Shown here: positions 1 through 9,957 of the stretch, in pieces | Layout of the letters: every line of letters starts with the position of its first letter | Position numbering within the stretch: position 1 is the stretch's first letter | From: Christensenellales bacterium | GTDB lineage: Bacteria; Bacillota; Clostridia; Christensenellales; Aristaeellaceae | Reading direction: 5' to 3' | Assembly: GCA_050946115.1 (NCBI GenBank) | Contig: JBMNUF010000006.1 | Coordinates: 8,600-72,599, forward strand | DNA: 64,000 nucleotides | The notes under the pieces: generated by a model | The model's input: the letters and a program-made list of their open reading frames with translations, nothing else | Database searches by the model: none | What the model was told of the DNA's origin: nothing | Position numbers and translations under genes: made by a program

Positions 1-675
1 TTTATTGCGGCGACGCCGTCCCCGACACCCGAACCATACGGCACAGAAGAGGATGCAGGAACGGGAAGCGTTACATACGTCCACGGCATCGGCGTATACG
101 ATACGGGCGAAGGCATTTTCTGCGAAGATTGGGCGAAGGACGCGGTCTATCCGCGCACGGGGATGCGAATCCCACAGCTATACCAATACAATTTCGTTTC
201 TCCGCTCGCGCGCGTCGGCGGAAGGGACAGGAGCGTCAAGACGAGCGGCTGCGGCGCGACGAGCCTATCGATGATCGCGGCGTACCTCACGGGAAATCTG
301 CGGCAATCGCCCTACACGCTCTTCCGCTTTGCCTGCAACGGCGGAATGTATCACGGAAGCGGCCTGTCCCACGACGCGATGGACGCGATCGCGGAACTTC
401 TCCATATAGACGGAGAATGGATCGCGCGGGACAAGGACGCGGTGATTGAGGCGCTGCGAGAGGGCAAGCCGATCATCGCGCACATGGGATACGGCATTTT
501 CACCAGGCGTGGACACTATATCGTGCTGCGCGGGCTGACGGAGGACGGGCTCGTGCTCGTCAACGACCCGAACAGTTTTGTCAACACGCACACGGCTTTC
601 CCGATTGAGACGATCATCGCTCAATCCAGAAGCGCTACGCCGTTTAAGATCTGCAAACGCAAAACACAATGGTGA
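1..675 (+). CDS. Peptidase C39-like (papain-fold cysteine peptidase) domain protein; C-terminal part, 5' end lies upstream of the window
   Basis: Frame 1 is open from nt 1 with no stop before the listed ORF 163..675. Motifs SGCGATSLSM (Cys) and RGHYIVLRG (His) are typical of C39-like peptidases. Stop at 673-675, followed by a hairpin. Confidence 0.75.
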   Translation, partial: FIAATPSPTPEPYGTEEDAGTGSVTYVHGIGVYDTGEGIFCEDWAKDAVYPRTGMRIPQLYQYNFVSPLARVGGRDRSVKTSGCGATSLSMIAAYLTGNLRQSPYTLFRFACNGGMYHGSGLSHDAMDAIAELLHIDGEWIARDKDAVIEALREGKPIIAHMGYGIFTRRGHYIVLRGLTEDGLVLVNDPNSFVNTHTAFPIETIIAQSRSATPFKICKRKTQW

Positions 676-681
676 GAGGGA

Positions 682-721
682 AAACGAATCGCCCGCGAGC
701 AGAGCGCGGGCGATTCGTTTT
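682..721. terminator. Bidirectional intrinsic terminator between convergent genes
   Basis: aaacgaatcgcccgcg / cgcgggcgattcgttt forms a 16-bp stem with a 7-nt loop, an A-run upstream and a T-run downstream. Confidence 0.8.
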
Positions 722-728
722 GAAGTGA

Positions 729-2330
729 TTACTTCACGGCGTTCATGAACAGCTTTTCGCCGGTGGGATAGGTTGTCACGCCCTGAATCTCCGGCGTGCA
801 GATCCAGCTGGTGGCGTAGTAATACACAGGGATGCAGACGGCGTCTTCGCCGAAGGCGAGCTTCTCCGCATCGTGCAGCAGCTTAAAGTGTTCCGCCTTA
901 TCGGTGGTCGCTGCCGCGGCCTGCATGATCGCGTCATAGTCGGGGTTCTTGTAGAAGGTGGAGTTGTTGCCGCTGTAGCTGGTGAACAGGTCGAGCAGGT
1001 TCGACGGATCGCCGTAGTCTGCAACCCAGCCATCGCGCGCCATGGTGTGCTCGCCGTTGCGGCGCGCAGCCAGGAGCACGTTCCACTCCATCTGTTCGAT
1101 TTCCACGTTCACGCCGAGGTTCTCTTTCCACATATACACGAGCGCTTCGGCAGTGGGAAGGTGGACGCCGGACACGTTGGTGGAATAGGTGACGGTGGGG
1201 AAGCCCTCGCCGTTGGGATACCCGGCTTCCGCGAGGTACTCCTGCGCCTTGACGATGTTGGCTGCGGGATCGCTGCGGTCGATCACGGTCTCGTAGTCCG
1301 CAAAGTCGCTGCCGTCGTCTTGCATGAAACCGCCGCCGACGAAGTCGGTCGCGGGCAGGTAGGTGCCGTGCGTGACGACGTCCGAGAGATACTGCGGATC
1401 AATCGCCAGCATGAACGCCTTGCGGACGCGCGCATCGGTGAAGGGCTCTACGGTGTTGTTGATGTTCACGTAATAGGTGCCGAGCTGGGGCTTGGTGTGG
1501 AAGAGGCCTTCCGCCTTCAGCGTCTCGAGCTCCTCACTGGGATAGTCGTCCGCCCAGTCGATTTCGCCCGCGCGCATGGCGGCGAGCTTCGCGTTCGGGT
1601 CGGTGATCAGCTTGAAGCAGATGCGCTTGCATACGACCTTGTCCGCGTCATAAAAGGTCTCGGAAGGGACCATGACGATCTCCTCGTCCATGGTGTAGCT
1701 CTCGAGCTTGTACGCGCCGTTGCCGATCAGGGATTCGGGCGAGGTCGTCCAGGCGTCGCCGTACTGCTCGATGATGTCCTTGCGGACGGGATAGTACGTC
1801 GGGAACGCCATGATCTCGAGGAACCACGGGCAGTTGTTCACGAGGGTGATCTCGATGGTCTTGGCGTCGATCACCTTCACAGCGAGCTCGTCCACGCTCT
1901 TCTTGCCGTTGACGATCTCAAGGCCGTTTAGGATGTACTTGCCCATGTCGCCCGCATAGGGAGCCGCGGTGGCGGGGTCCACGAGGCGCTTCATGGAGTA
2001 CAGGAAGTCTTCCGCCGTCAGGTCCTGACCGTCCGACCACTTCGCGTCGTCGCGGATGTGGAAGGTGTAGACCAGTCCGTCTTCGGAAACGGTGTAGTTG
2101 TCGGCCACGCCGAGCACGACGCCCTCGCCGTCCCAACCGAACTTCATCAGGCCCTCGAACAGGTGCTTGATGTAGTTGGAGCCGTCGGAGGCGGAGTTTA
2201 GCTGCGGATCGAGCGTCTCGGGCTGGGAGCCGATGCAGACGTTGACGGTCTGCACTTCCTCGGCAAAGGCGACGCCCATTACGCCCAGCGCGATCAATGC
2301 GGCCAACAGGAGAGCGAGCAGTTTCTTCAT
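729..2330 (-). CDS. oppA: Oligopeptide ABC transporter substrate-binding protein (SBP family 5)
   Basis: 533 aa with signal peptide MKKLLALLLAALIALGVMGVAFA. SBP_bac_5-like sequence throughout. GGAGGAG RBS. Last gene of the oppBCDFA-like operon. Confidence 0.9.
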   Translation of the reverse strand: MKKLLALLLAALIALGVMGVAFAEEVQTVNVCIGSQPETLDPQLNSASDGSNYIKHLFEGLMKFGWDGEGVVLGVADNYTVSEDGLVYTFHIRDDAKWSDGQDLTAEDFLYSMKRLVDPATAAPYAGDMGKYILNGLEIVNGKKSVDELAVKVIDAKTIEITLVNNCPWFLEIMAFPTYYPVRKDIIEQYGDAWTTSPESLIGNGAYKLESYTMDEEIVMVPSETFYDADKVVCKRICFKLITDPNAKLAAMRAGEIDWADDYPSEELETLKAEGLFHTKPQLGTYYVNINNTVEPFTDARVRKAFMLAIDPQYLSDVVTHGTYLPATDFVGGGFMQDDGSDFADYETVIDRSDPAANIVKAQEYLAEAGYPNGEGFPTVTYSTNVSGVHLPTAEALVYMWKENLGVNVEIEQMEWNVLLAARRNGEHTMARDGWVADYGDPSNLLDLFTSYSGNNSTFYKNPDYDAIMQAAAATTDKAEHFKLLHDAEKLAFGEDAVCIPVYYYATSWICTPEIQGVTTYPTGEKLFMNAVK

Positions 2331-2395
2331 AGAATAACTCCTCCAATAGATGTATTTGTAAAGCGCGCCATACGCGCGTTACATCGGAAATAGGT

Positions 2396-3370
2396 TTACC
2401 AGCCCTGCGAAACCTTGTGGCATGCGACGGTGTGCGCCGCATCGACAGAAATGGTTTCCGGTGCCGTTTCGCGGCAGATGTCCCTGGCATAGGGGCAGCG
2501 CGTGTGGAACAGACAGCCCTTAGGCGGATTCATGGGGCTTGGAACATCGCCCTGCAGCACGACGCGCTTCTTGGCGCGGCTCGCATCGGGGTCCGGAATC
2601 GGGATCGCGGAGAGGAGCGCCTGCGTATACGGGTGCAAAGGCTCCTTATACAGGCGCGCCGCGTCGCAGACCTCGACGAGGCTCCCGAGATACATCACGC
2701 CCACGCGCCGCGAGATGTGGCGGACCACGTTCAGATCGTGCGCAATGAAAAGATACGCCATGCCAAGCTTATTCTGAAGCTCCATGAGCATGTTGATGAC
2801 CTGCGCCTGAATCGACACGTCCAGCGCGGAAATCGGCTCATCGCACACCATGAAATCGGGGCGGAGCGCCATCGCGCGGGCGATGGAGATGCGCTGCCGC
2901 TGCCCGCCGGAAAACTCGTGCGGATAGCGATTCATGTGCTCGCTGTTGAGCCCGACGAGTGCGAGCAGCTCCAAAATGCGGTCGCGACGCTCGCTCTTGT
3001 TCGCGTAGGCGCGGTAGATGTCCAATGGTTCTCCCACGATGTCGCCGACCGTCATGCGCGGATCGAGCGAAGCGTAGGGGTCCTGAAAGACGATCTGCAT
3101 GCGCTTGCGAAAGGGCGTCATGTTGGCGCGCGTGATGTCCTGCCCGTCGAAGAAAATCTGCCCGCCAGTCGGCTCGTACAGCCGCAAAAGCGTCCTTCCG
3201 ACGGTAGACTTGCCGCAGCCGGACTCGCCCACGAGCCCGAGCGTCTCTCCCTTTTCGACGGAAAAGGAGACGTTCTCCACGGCGTGAACGACCTTCTTTT
3301 CGGACAGAAAGCCGCCGCCGATATCGAAATACTTCGTCAGGTTTTTGACCTCTACGAGTGGTGTGGTCAT
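2396..3370 (-). CDS. oppF: Oligopeptide ABC transporter ATP-binding protein (OppF type)
   Basis: Start reassigned to [11 protein letters not shown], with an ATGA overlap on the oppD stop. Walker [10 protein letters not shown], signature LSGGQRQR, Walker B FMVCDEP, and a C-terminal HPYT plus Cys-rich tail. Confidence 0.9.
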   Translation of the reverse strand: MTTPLVEVKNLTKYFDIGGGFLSEKKVVHAVENVSFSVEKGETLGLVGESGCGKSTVGRTLLRLYEPTGGQIFFDGQDITRANMTPFRKRMQIVFQDPYASLDPRMTVGDIVGEPLDIYRAYANKSERRDRILELLALVGLNSEHMNRYPHEFSGGQRQRISIARAMALRPDFMVCDEPISALDVSIQAQVINMLMELQNKLGMAYLFIAHDLNVVRHISRRVGVMYLGSLVEVCDAARLYKEPLHPYTQALLSAIPIPDPDASRAKKRVVLQGDVPSPMNPPKGCLFHTRCPYARDICRETAPETISVDAAHTVACHKVSQGW

Positions 3371-4359
3371 GCGAGCACCCCCTGTAGCTCCGCCTCGTGC
3401 AGCCAGCAGGCGGATACGTGACCCTCGCCGCGCGAAACGGTCGGAGGCTGATGGTTGAGACAGACCTTCATGCACCTGTCGCACCTTGGCGCGAATGCGC
3501 AGCCCTTGGGAAGTGCGAGCAGGTCGATCGGCGTGCCCTCAATGGGTTCGAGCGGTGCGGTTTCGTCGCTGTCGAGGCGCGGCAGGCATTTCAGGAGCCC
3601 CACCGTGTATGGATGCGCCGGGCGATAGAAGATGTCGTTCACCGAGCCGTGCTCCACGATGCGCCCCGCGTACATGACGATTACCTCGTCGCAGAAATCG
3701 GCGACGATGCCCAGATCGTGCGTGATCAGGATGATTGCGGAATTGATTTTGTCTTTCAGCTCTTTCATGAGTTCAAGAATCTGTGCCTGTATGGTCACGT
3801 CGAGCGCGGTGGTCGGCTCGTCCGCGATGAGCAGCTTCGGGTTGCACAAGAGCGTCATCGCGATCATGGCGCGCTGGCGCATGCCGCCCGAAAACTCGAA
3901 CGGATACTGCTTCATGCGCTGTTCGGGGTTGTTGATGCCGCAAAGGCGCAGCATTTCGATGCACTTTTGATGTGCCTCGGCGCGCGAGATCTTCCTGTGG
4001 CGCAAAATCGTCTCTTCCAACTGGTTGCCTACCGTGAAGACGGGGTTGAGGGAGGTCATCGGGTCCTGGAAGATCATCCCGATGTCGCGCCCGCGGATGG
4101 ACTGCATTTCCTTTATCGGCATATTGAGTACGTCCTTGCCGTCGAAGCGGATGGATCCGCCCGTCACGCGGCCGGGGTGCTCCAAAAGCTGCATCATGGC
4201 GTTGACGGATACGCTCTTGCCGCTTCCGGATTCGCCGACGATGCCCAATACCCTGTCCTCATCGAGCGTATAGCTGATGCCGTTTACCGCCTTCACCTCG
4301 CCCGCGGGCGTGAAAAACGATACGTGCAGGTCGTTCATTTCCAAAAGATGGTTGTGCAC
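3367..4359 (-). CDS. oppD: Oligopeptide ABC transporter ATP-binding protein (OppD type)
   Basis: GTG start 8 nt after AAGGAGG. Walker A GESGSGKS, signature FSGGMRQR, Walker B LLIADEPTTALD, plus HPYT and a Cys-rich C-terminus. Confidence 0.9.
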   Translation of the reverse strand: MHNHLLEMNDLHVSFFTPAGEVKAVNGISYTLDEDRVLGIVGESGSGKSVSVNAMMQLLEHPGRVTGGSIRFDGKDVLNMPIKEMQSIRGRDIGMIFQDPMTSLNPVFTVGNQLEETILRHRKISRAEAHQKCIEMLRLCGINNPEQRMKQYPFEFSGGMRQRAMIAMTLLCNPKLLIADEPTTALDVTIQAQILELMKELKDKINSAIILITHDLGIVADFCDEVIVMYAGRIVEHGSVNDIFYRPAHPYTVGLLKCLPRLDSDETAPLEPIEGTPIDLLALPKGCAFAPRCDRCMKVCLNHQPPTVSRGEGHVSACWLHEAELQGVLA

Positions 4360-4372
4360 TGTGTCCGCCTCC

Positions 4373-5434
4373 TTAGCCGCGCATTTTCGGGTCGAGCGCG
4401 TCGCGCAGGCCGTCGCCCAGCTGGTTCATCGCGAGGATGATGAGCGCGAGCACCGCGGCGGGGACGAACAGCCTGTGCGGATAGGTTTGAAAGCCGTTCA
4501 GCGCGTCGTTGACGAGGGAGCCGAGGGACGCCATCGGCGCGGATACGCCCAAGCCAATAAAACTCAGGAAGGACTCCGTGAAGATGGAGGAGGGAATCTG
4601 AAACGTCGTCGTCACGACGATCGTGCCGATGGCGTTGGGCACGAGGTGTTTTTTGACGATCCAGCCGCGCTTCGCGCCGAGTGCCGTGGAAGCCATGACG
4701 TATTCGCTCGATTTCAGCGCGAGGATTTCGCCGCGCACCATGCGCGCCATCGAGACCCAGTATAACAGCGCGAATGTCACAAAGATGCATATGAGCCCCG
4801 TGCCGACGCTTCGCATCGCCTCGAAATGCCCCGCGTCAAACAGCTTCTGCAGCGGCTCCTTGAGGACGATGTTTAGCAGAATAATGATGAGCACCGTCGG
4901 GATGGAATAGATAATTTCGCATATACGCATCATGATGTCGTCCACCCGCCCGCCGATAAAGCCGGAGATCGCGCCGTAGGTGGTTCCGATCAGGACGATG
5001 AACATCGTGGAGACGATGCCGATGACGAGGGAGATGCGCGACCCCATCATCACGCGCACGCACAGGTCGCGCCCCAGGTTATCCGTGCCGAATGGATGAA
5101 AGAATTCTGCCGAAAAGCTCGGCCCCAGCCGCTCGTGCCCGCGCACCTGCTGGTCGTAGGTATAGGGCATGAGGAAGGGCCCGACAAAGGCAAACAGGAT
5201 GATCGCAACGATGAGCCAAAAGCTTACCATCGCTACCCTGTTCGCGCGCAGGCGGCGCATGGCGTCCTTCCAATAGGTGGTGGACTCGCGCATTTGGATG
5301 AGCTGTTCTCTTTCTTCCTTGTCCGCAGGAATAAGCATTTCGGGCGTGAGCGATATGCGGAACGGATCAAGCGGCGGCTTTTTCGGCAGCTGCTCCGATG
5401 CGTCCTTGGAAAGATCGATCTTTGATATATCCAT
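4373..5434 (-). CDS. oppC: Oligopeptide ABC transporter permease (OppC type)
   Basis: 353 aa, multi-TM, with the GTDNLGRD motif and a BPD_transp_1-like core. AAGGAG RBS. Confidence 0.9.
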   Translation of the reverse strand: MDISKIDLSKDASEQLPKKPPLDPFRISLTPEMLIPADKEEREQLIQMRESTTYWKDAMRRLRANRVAMVSFWLIVAIILFAFVGPFLMPYTYDQQVRGHERLGPSFSAEFFHPFGTDNLGRDLCVRVMMGSRISLVIGIVSTMFIVLIGTTYGAISGFIGGRVDDIMMRICEIIYSIPTVLIIILLNIVLKEPLQKLFDAGHFEAMRSVGTGLICIFVTFALLYWVSMARMVRGEILALKSSEYVMASTALGAKRGWIVKKHLVPNAIGTIVVTTTFQIPSSIFTESFLSFIGLGVSAPMASLGSLVNDALNGFQTYPHRLFVPAAVLALIILAMNQLGDGLRDALDPKMRG

Positions 5435-5446
5435 GTGTGCGTCTCC

Positions 5447-6409
5447 TTATTCGTATTTTATGCGCCTGTCGATGAGCCCGTACACGAGATCGACCAGAAG
5501 ATTCATGAGGACGAGCAGCGCGCTGTAGAAAATCGTGACGCCCATGATCAGCGGGTAGTCGCGGTGGTTGATGGATTCGACGAAGAATTTGCCCATGCCG
5601 GGGATGGTGAAGATTTTTTCGATGACGAAGCCGCCCGTCAGGATACCCGCGGTGAGGGGGCCCAGGTACGTGACCACGGGGAGGATGGCGTTTCTCAGCG
5701 CGTGCTTAAACAGCACCTTTTTCTCGGAGAGCCCCTTTGCGCGCGCGGTCTTTACATAGTCCTGCCGCAGCACGTCGAGCATCGAGGAGCGCATGAGGCG
5801 GGAGATATAGCACATGGGGTTGAACGCGAGGGCGAGCGCGGGCATGATGTAGTGCTGCCACGACTTGAGCCCGAGCGTCGGCAACACGCCCAGCCGCACG
5901 CCGAACAGGTACAAAAGCGCCGTCGCCATGACGAAATTCGGCACGGCGATGCCTAAGTTCGCGATGAACATCACCGCGCGATCCACGGGCTTGTTGTGCT
6001 TAAACGCCGCGAGCGTCCCGATGGGTACGCCCAAGAACACCGCGAGCAGGATCGCCACGATGCCCACCGACGCGGACACGGGGAATTTCTCCCCAAGAAT
6101 CTGATTCACGGTAAAGCCGATACGCTTATAGCTGTCGCCCAGATCGAACTTCAGGAGGTTTCCTATATAAATGAGATACTGCTCGAAGAGCGGTTTGTCG
6201 AGCCCGTATTTCGCCTCCATCAATGCGACGGTCTTCGCGCTCGCCTTTTCCGTATTGAACGGACCGCCCGGGATCAGGTTCATCAGAAAGAACGTGATCG
6301 TCGCCACGACAAACAGCGTCAGCAGCGCGGCGAGGATTCTTCTGACGACGTACTTGCCCACATAAATCACCTGCTCATGTATTGGGAAATTTTTCTCAGA
6401 GTACCACAA
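5447..6409 (-). CDS. oppB: Oligopeptide ABC transporter permease (OppB type); start uncertain (TTG 6409 or downstream GTG giving MGKYVVRRIL)
   Basis: 320 aa. KYVVRRILAALLTLFVVATITFFLMNLIPGGP is a typical OppB/DppB N-terminus. First gene of the minus-strand operon. Confidence 0.85.
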   Translation of the reverse strand: MWYSEKNFPIHEQVIYVGKYVVRRILAALLTLFVVATITFFLMNLIPGGPFNTEKASAKTVALMEAKYGLDKPLFEQYLIYIGNLLKFDLGDSYKRIGFTVNQILGEKFPVSASVGIVAILLAVFLGVPIGTLAAFKHNKPVDRAVMFIANLGIAVPNFVMATALLYLFGVRLGVLPTLGLKSWQHYIMPALALAFNPMCYISRLMRSSMLDVLRQDYVKTARAKGLSEKKVLFKHALRNAILPVVTYLGPLTAGILTGGFVIEKIFTIPGMGKFFVESINHRDYPLIMGVTIFYSALLVLMNLLVDLVYGLIDRRIKYE

Positions 6410-6659
6410 AAATGCGCGGATTGCAAGAGTGCGTCTTCGTATTTCGTGTTAATACAGAAGGGGATGCCGGTGCGTTTTGAACGATGCGTGCGCTGTTTGG
6501 CCGCAGGGGAGGGTATATTCCCGAAGAGCGGCGCATAAATATACGATTTCCTGAAATTTACATCGAGATATAGCGCCTTACCTTCCCTTTATTTAAGATA
6601 TGTCGGTGGACCTTTTTATAAAATCATGTGAAAAGCACAAAATACCGTTCCGTTCCCTC

Positions 6660-6688
6660 TTGCATTTGTACAAAAAATGTGGTATCAT
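6660..6688 (+). promoter_or_regulatory. Sigma-A type promoter TTGCAT-17-TATCAT for the 6811-13096 operon
   Basis: Hexamers at 6660-6665 and 6683-6688 with an exact 17-nt spacer. They lie ~120 nt upstream of the SBP start. Confidence 0.55.
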
Positions 6689-6810
6689 TCTATTAGCATG
6701 GAGGAGGTGTGCTCGAATCCGCGGTATTTGACCGGGGTACGCTTCAGACGGTCGAGCGAGCGGGCATTTTCTCCGACAAGCGAACCACAATACAACAAGG
6801 AGGTACTTTC

Positions 6811-8760
6811 ATGAAGAAGATCCTGGCAATGACCCTCGCCGTGGCGTTCCTCCTCGGCATGACGGCCTTCCCCGTCTTCGCGGAGGGCGTAACTCTCTCC
6901 GAAGCTCCCATGCTCACTGCACGCGTGGAAGCCGGCGAGCTGCCGCCCCTCGAGGAGCGGCTCCCCGCAGAGACCAAGCTTCCGAACGAGATCCTTCCCG
7001 AGTATCTGGATTATGAGTGCGGCTCTTACGGCGGCACCATGCGCTTCATCACCTCGATTGTCAACTGGGACGCGGACGTGTTCGTCGGCTGCAACGAGGG
7101 GCTCCTCAACATGTCGTCCACCGCAAGCGACGTCATCACGCCCAATATCGTCGCTGGCTTTGACGCGAACGAGGACAATACCGAGTTCATCATCACGCTG
7201 CGCGAGGGGCTGAAGTGGTCCGACGGCGTGCCGGTGACCATGGAGGACTTCGAGTTTGCAATCAACGACTTTGTCTTCAACACGGAGCTGACCCCCGTCG
7301 TTGCCGCGTACCTGCGCGACGGCGGTGTACAGGAAGGCGAGCCCTTCAAGTTCGAAGTGATCGACGACCTGCATTTCAAGATGTCCTTCAACGCGCCCTA
7401 CGGCGGCCTCGCGGTGCACCTTTCCATCGCAGGCTGGAAGGGCTATACGGATTTGCTCAAGCCCGCGCACTTCCTGAAGAAGTTCCATAAGGATTACGCG
7501 GAAGAGATCCACGGCTCCCTCGAAGCGTACTACGAGTTCCTGCAGCCCTACGGCACCTGCATGGGCTATGACGATGTCACCGCAGAGCTCGTTTGGACGA
7601 ACGTATTCCACCAGCTCGACATGACCAACTGGGAGCTGACCGATCCGAACGACGCGCTCACCAGCGTGTATTTCGCCGCCGCGGGACAGACCGAGGACTT
7701 CCCGGTGCTGTACGCGTGGCGCATGATCTCCTCCGAAGGCGGCATCACCACCTTCGAGCGCAACCCCTACTACCACAAGGTCGACGCGAACGGCCAGCAG
7801 CTGCCCTATGTGGACTATCTGACGAGCAAGCTCGTGGAGAACATGGAAATGGTGCAGATGGCGTACATCTCGGGCGAAGCCGACTTCGGCCGCGAATCTG
7901 CCACGATCGACAACATCTCCACCTACGTGGAGAACGCCGAGAAGGCGGGCATCACGCCCTACGTCACCACCATGCACAACAACCCCACGGACGTCTCCCT
8001 GAACGTCAACTATAAAGAAGAAGCGTGGCAGGAGGTCATCACCGATGTCCGCTTCCGTCAGGCGCTGGCGCATGCCATCGATGCGGAGGAGATTCTCGAC
8101 GTAGTCTATAAGGGCTTCGGCGAGGTCAACCCCTACTATCCGTGCGACAATGACATCGAACTCGCCAACAGCCTGCTCGACGAGATGGGCATGGTCGACA
8201 TCGACGGCGACGGCTATCGCGAGACGCCCTCGGGCAAGAAGCTGTCCTGGTCTATCTACAACAACAACGAAGCCAACGACATCATCCCCGTTTCGGAGCT
8301 GCTCGTGGAATACTGGGCGGAGATCGGGCTGAAGGCGGACGTCAAGACCGTTGAGTCCACGCTGCGCGCCACCATGGAGGCAGGCAACGAGATTCCCTGC
8401 CGCGTCGCATGGGTACACACCACGCAGCTGTGGCACTATCTCGACTGGTTCCAGTGGAGCTGGTGCCCGCTTTGGGACAACTGGTATAACACGGACGGTG
8501 CGGGTGGCGAAGAGCCGCCGGCGGAGGTCAAGGAGTTCCTGCACAACATCGACTCCCTCATGACCGTCTCCCCCGTGGACGCCGTCAACGAGGTATTGCC
8601 GAAGCTCGTCGAATTCATGAGCGAAAACCTCTACCTCATCGAGCCGCTCATCAACGTGGATCAGTGCGTCGTCATCAACTCCAAGATCGGCAACGTGCCC
8701 ACCGGCGGCGTCGGCATTTCCTGGAACTTCTCCATCGAACAGTTCTTCTACAGGGATTAA
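6811..8760 (+). CDS. ABC transporter substrate-binding protein, SBP family 5 (large, ~650 aa)
   Basis: Start moved to MKKILAMTLAVAFLLGMTAFPVFA (signal peptide), 7 nt after AAGGAGG. Family-5 SBP-like sequence. Confidence 0.88.
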   Translation: MKKILAMTLAVAFLLGMTAFPVFAEGVTLSEAPMLTARVEAGELPPLEERLPAETKLPNEILPEYLDYECGSYGGTMRFITSIVNWDADVFVGCNEGLLNMSSTASDVITPNIVAGFDANEDNTEFIITLREGLKWSDGVPVTMEDFEFAINDFVFNTELTPVVAAYLRDGGVQEGEPFKFEVIDDLHFKMSFNAPYGGLAVHLSIAGWKGYTDLLKPAHFLKKFHKDYAEEIHGSLEAYYEFLQPYGTCMGYDDVTAELVWTNVFHQLDMTNWELTDPNDALTSVYFAAAGQTEDFPVLYAWRMISSEGGITTFERNPYYHKVDANGQQLPYVDYLTSKLVENMEMVQMAYISGEADFGRESATIDNISTYVENAEKAGITPYVTTMHNNPTDVSLNVNYKEEAWQEVITDVRFRQALAHAIDAEEILDVVYKGFGEVNPYYPCDNDIELANSLLDEMGMVDIDGDGYRETPSGKKLSWSIYNNNEANDIIPVSELLVEYWAEIGLKADVKTVESTLRATMEAGNEIPCRVAWVHTTQLWHYLDWFQWSWCPLWDNWYNTDGAGGEEPPAEVKEFLHNIDSLMTVSPVDAVNEVLPKLVEFMSENLYLIEPLINVDQCVVINSKIGNVPTGGVGISWNFSIEQFFYRD

Positions 8761-8864
8761 TCTTCCACAGAGGGCAATTCTCCTTCCGATTTCTTCTGAA
8801 GCGTAATCGGAATGCGACGGCGGCGCGGCGATACCCTCCCGTGCCGCCCCGCATTACACAGCCG

Positions 8865-8912
8865 CCCGCCGTATCCCAATGCCGCCGAAATGCGACACTG
8901 GGATACGGCGGG
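8865..8912 (+). promoter_or_regulatory. Intra-operon stem-loop after the SBP gene (14-bp stem, no T-tract)
   Basis: cccgccgtatccca (8865-8878) pairs perfectly with tgggatacggcggg (8899-8912). The loop is 20 nt. Confidence 0.5.
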
Positions 8913-8955
8913 GGGTACGCCCCGTCAATGATACAAAAAAGGAGGCTGCGGTTTC

Positions 8956-9957
8956 GTGCTTCTGAATTATATCGTCAAACGCATTCTACAGCTCTTGCCG
9001 CTGCTCGTAGCTGTCAGCATCGTCATCTTTGTCATCATTCAGCTTCCGCCGGGGGACTATCTCACCACCTACATCGTCCAGCAGAAAACCGCAGGGCTTG
9101 AGGTCAACCAGTCCAACATCATCAACCTCACGCGACAGTACGGCTTGGACAAGCCGTTGTACCAGCAGTATTTCTACTGGATCGGAAACATCCTGACAAA
9201 ACTCGACTTCGGCAGGAGCTTCCAGTGGTCGGTGCCGGTTTCACAGCTGCTCGCGGAGCGCCTTCCCGCGACCATCGGCATCTCGCTTTTGTCCCTCATC
9301 GTGACATGGTCGATCTCGATCCCGATCGGCATCTATTCCGCGACGCACCAGTACAGCGTGTTCGATTATGTTTTCATTTTCTTCGGCTTTATCGGGCTTG
9401 CGGTGCCGGGCTTTTTGCTCGCGCTGATTGCCGTGTATTTCATCTTTTCGGTCACGGGTGTATCGCTCACGGGCTTATTCTCGGCGGAGTATGTCAATGC
9501 GGCGTGGAGCTGGGCGAAGTTCCTCGACATGCTGCCGAGGCTGGGGCTCGTCGTGTTTATCGTCGGCGTTTCGCAGACCGCAGGCATGATCCGCCAGATG
9601 CGCGCGATGCTGCTTGACGAACTGCAAAAGCAGTACGTCATCACCGCGCGCGCCAAGGGACTCGAGGAAAAGAAGCTCCTGTGGAAATACCCGATTCGCA
9701 TGGCGGTCAACCCCATGGTATCCACCATCGGCTGGACGCTGCCGGGTCTCATCTCCGGCGAAATGGTCGTGTCCATCATCCTTTCGATGCCGACCATGGG
9801 CCCCATCGTCAGGCGCGCGCTGATCACGCAGGACATGTACCTCGCGGGTTCGTTCCTTCTGATCGTGAGTACGCTCACCGTCATCGGGACGCTTATTTCC
9901 GACATCCTGCTCGCGGTCCTCGATCCGCGCATTCGGTTTGGAGGTGTCTCCGAATGA
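8956..9957 (+). CDS. Opp/Dpp-family ABC permease (OppB/DppB type)
   Basis: GTG start after AAAAGGAGG. N-terminus LLNYIVKRILQLLPLL, six-TM BPD_transp_1-like core. Confidence 0.88.
   Translation: MLLNYIVKRILQLLPLLVAVSIVIFVIIQLPPGDYLTTYIVQQKTAGLEVNQSNIINLTRQYGLDKPLYQQYFYWIGNILTKLDFGRSFQWSVPVSQLLAERLPATIGISLLSLIVTWSISIPIGIYSATHQYSVFDYVFIFFGFIGLAVPGFLLALIAVYFIFSVTGVSLTGLFSAEYVNAAWSWAKFLDMLPRLGLVVFIVGVSQTAGMIRQMRAMLLDELQKQYVITARAKGLEEKKLLWKYPIRMAVNPMVSTIGWTLPGLISGEMVVSIILSMPTMGPIVRRALITQDMYLAGSFLLIVSTLTVIGTLISDILLAVLDPRIRFGGVSE

Noticed and set aside
6709-6810. In-frame N-terminal extensions in many listed ORFs: 6709, 13372, 13860, 20521, 22025, 27521-28789, 33875-35194, 38487, 40427-41146, 40936-42240, 42010, 48585, 52946, 53335, 54174 and 60160.
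   Set aside because: In each case an internal ATG/GTG/TTG is preceded by a GGAGG-type RBS, starts a signal peptide or a canonical family N-terminus, and often overlaps the upstream stop. The extensions are Arg/Gly-rich read-through of the upstream gene or of the promoter region.
6698-6814. 38-codon upstream ORF (MEEVCSNPRYLTGVRF...) that begins a few nt after the predicted transcription start and ends in an ATGA overlap with the SBP start. It lies within a ~115-nt leader that can form nested stems.
   Set aside because: It has no RBS and no recognisable leader-peptide or riboswitch signature. Open frames of this length are expected by chance in GC-rich DNA. It is worth a look only if Ribo-seq data exist.
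6685-8544. 619-aa minus-strand ORF antisense to the SBP gene. Similar long antisense ORFs lie at 873-1931, 9366-10790, 10925-12592, 15723-16574 and 18890-20491.
   Set aside because: These are shadow ORFs, typical of GC3-rich coding DNA. The translations are rich in R, G, A, V, H and D and have no recognisable motifs or RBS. The opposite strand encodes clearly recognisable proteins across the same span.
8865-8912. Long perfect inverted repeat considered as a REP/MITE-like mobile repeat.
   Set aside because: I noticed only one copy in the window and no flanking direct repeats. Its position directly after an SBP gene fits an mRNA-structure role instead.
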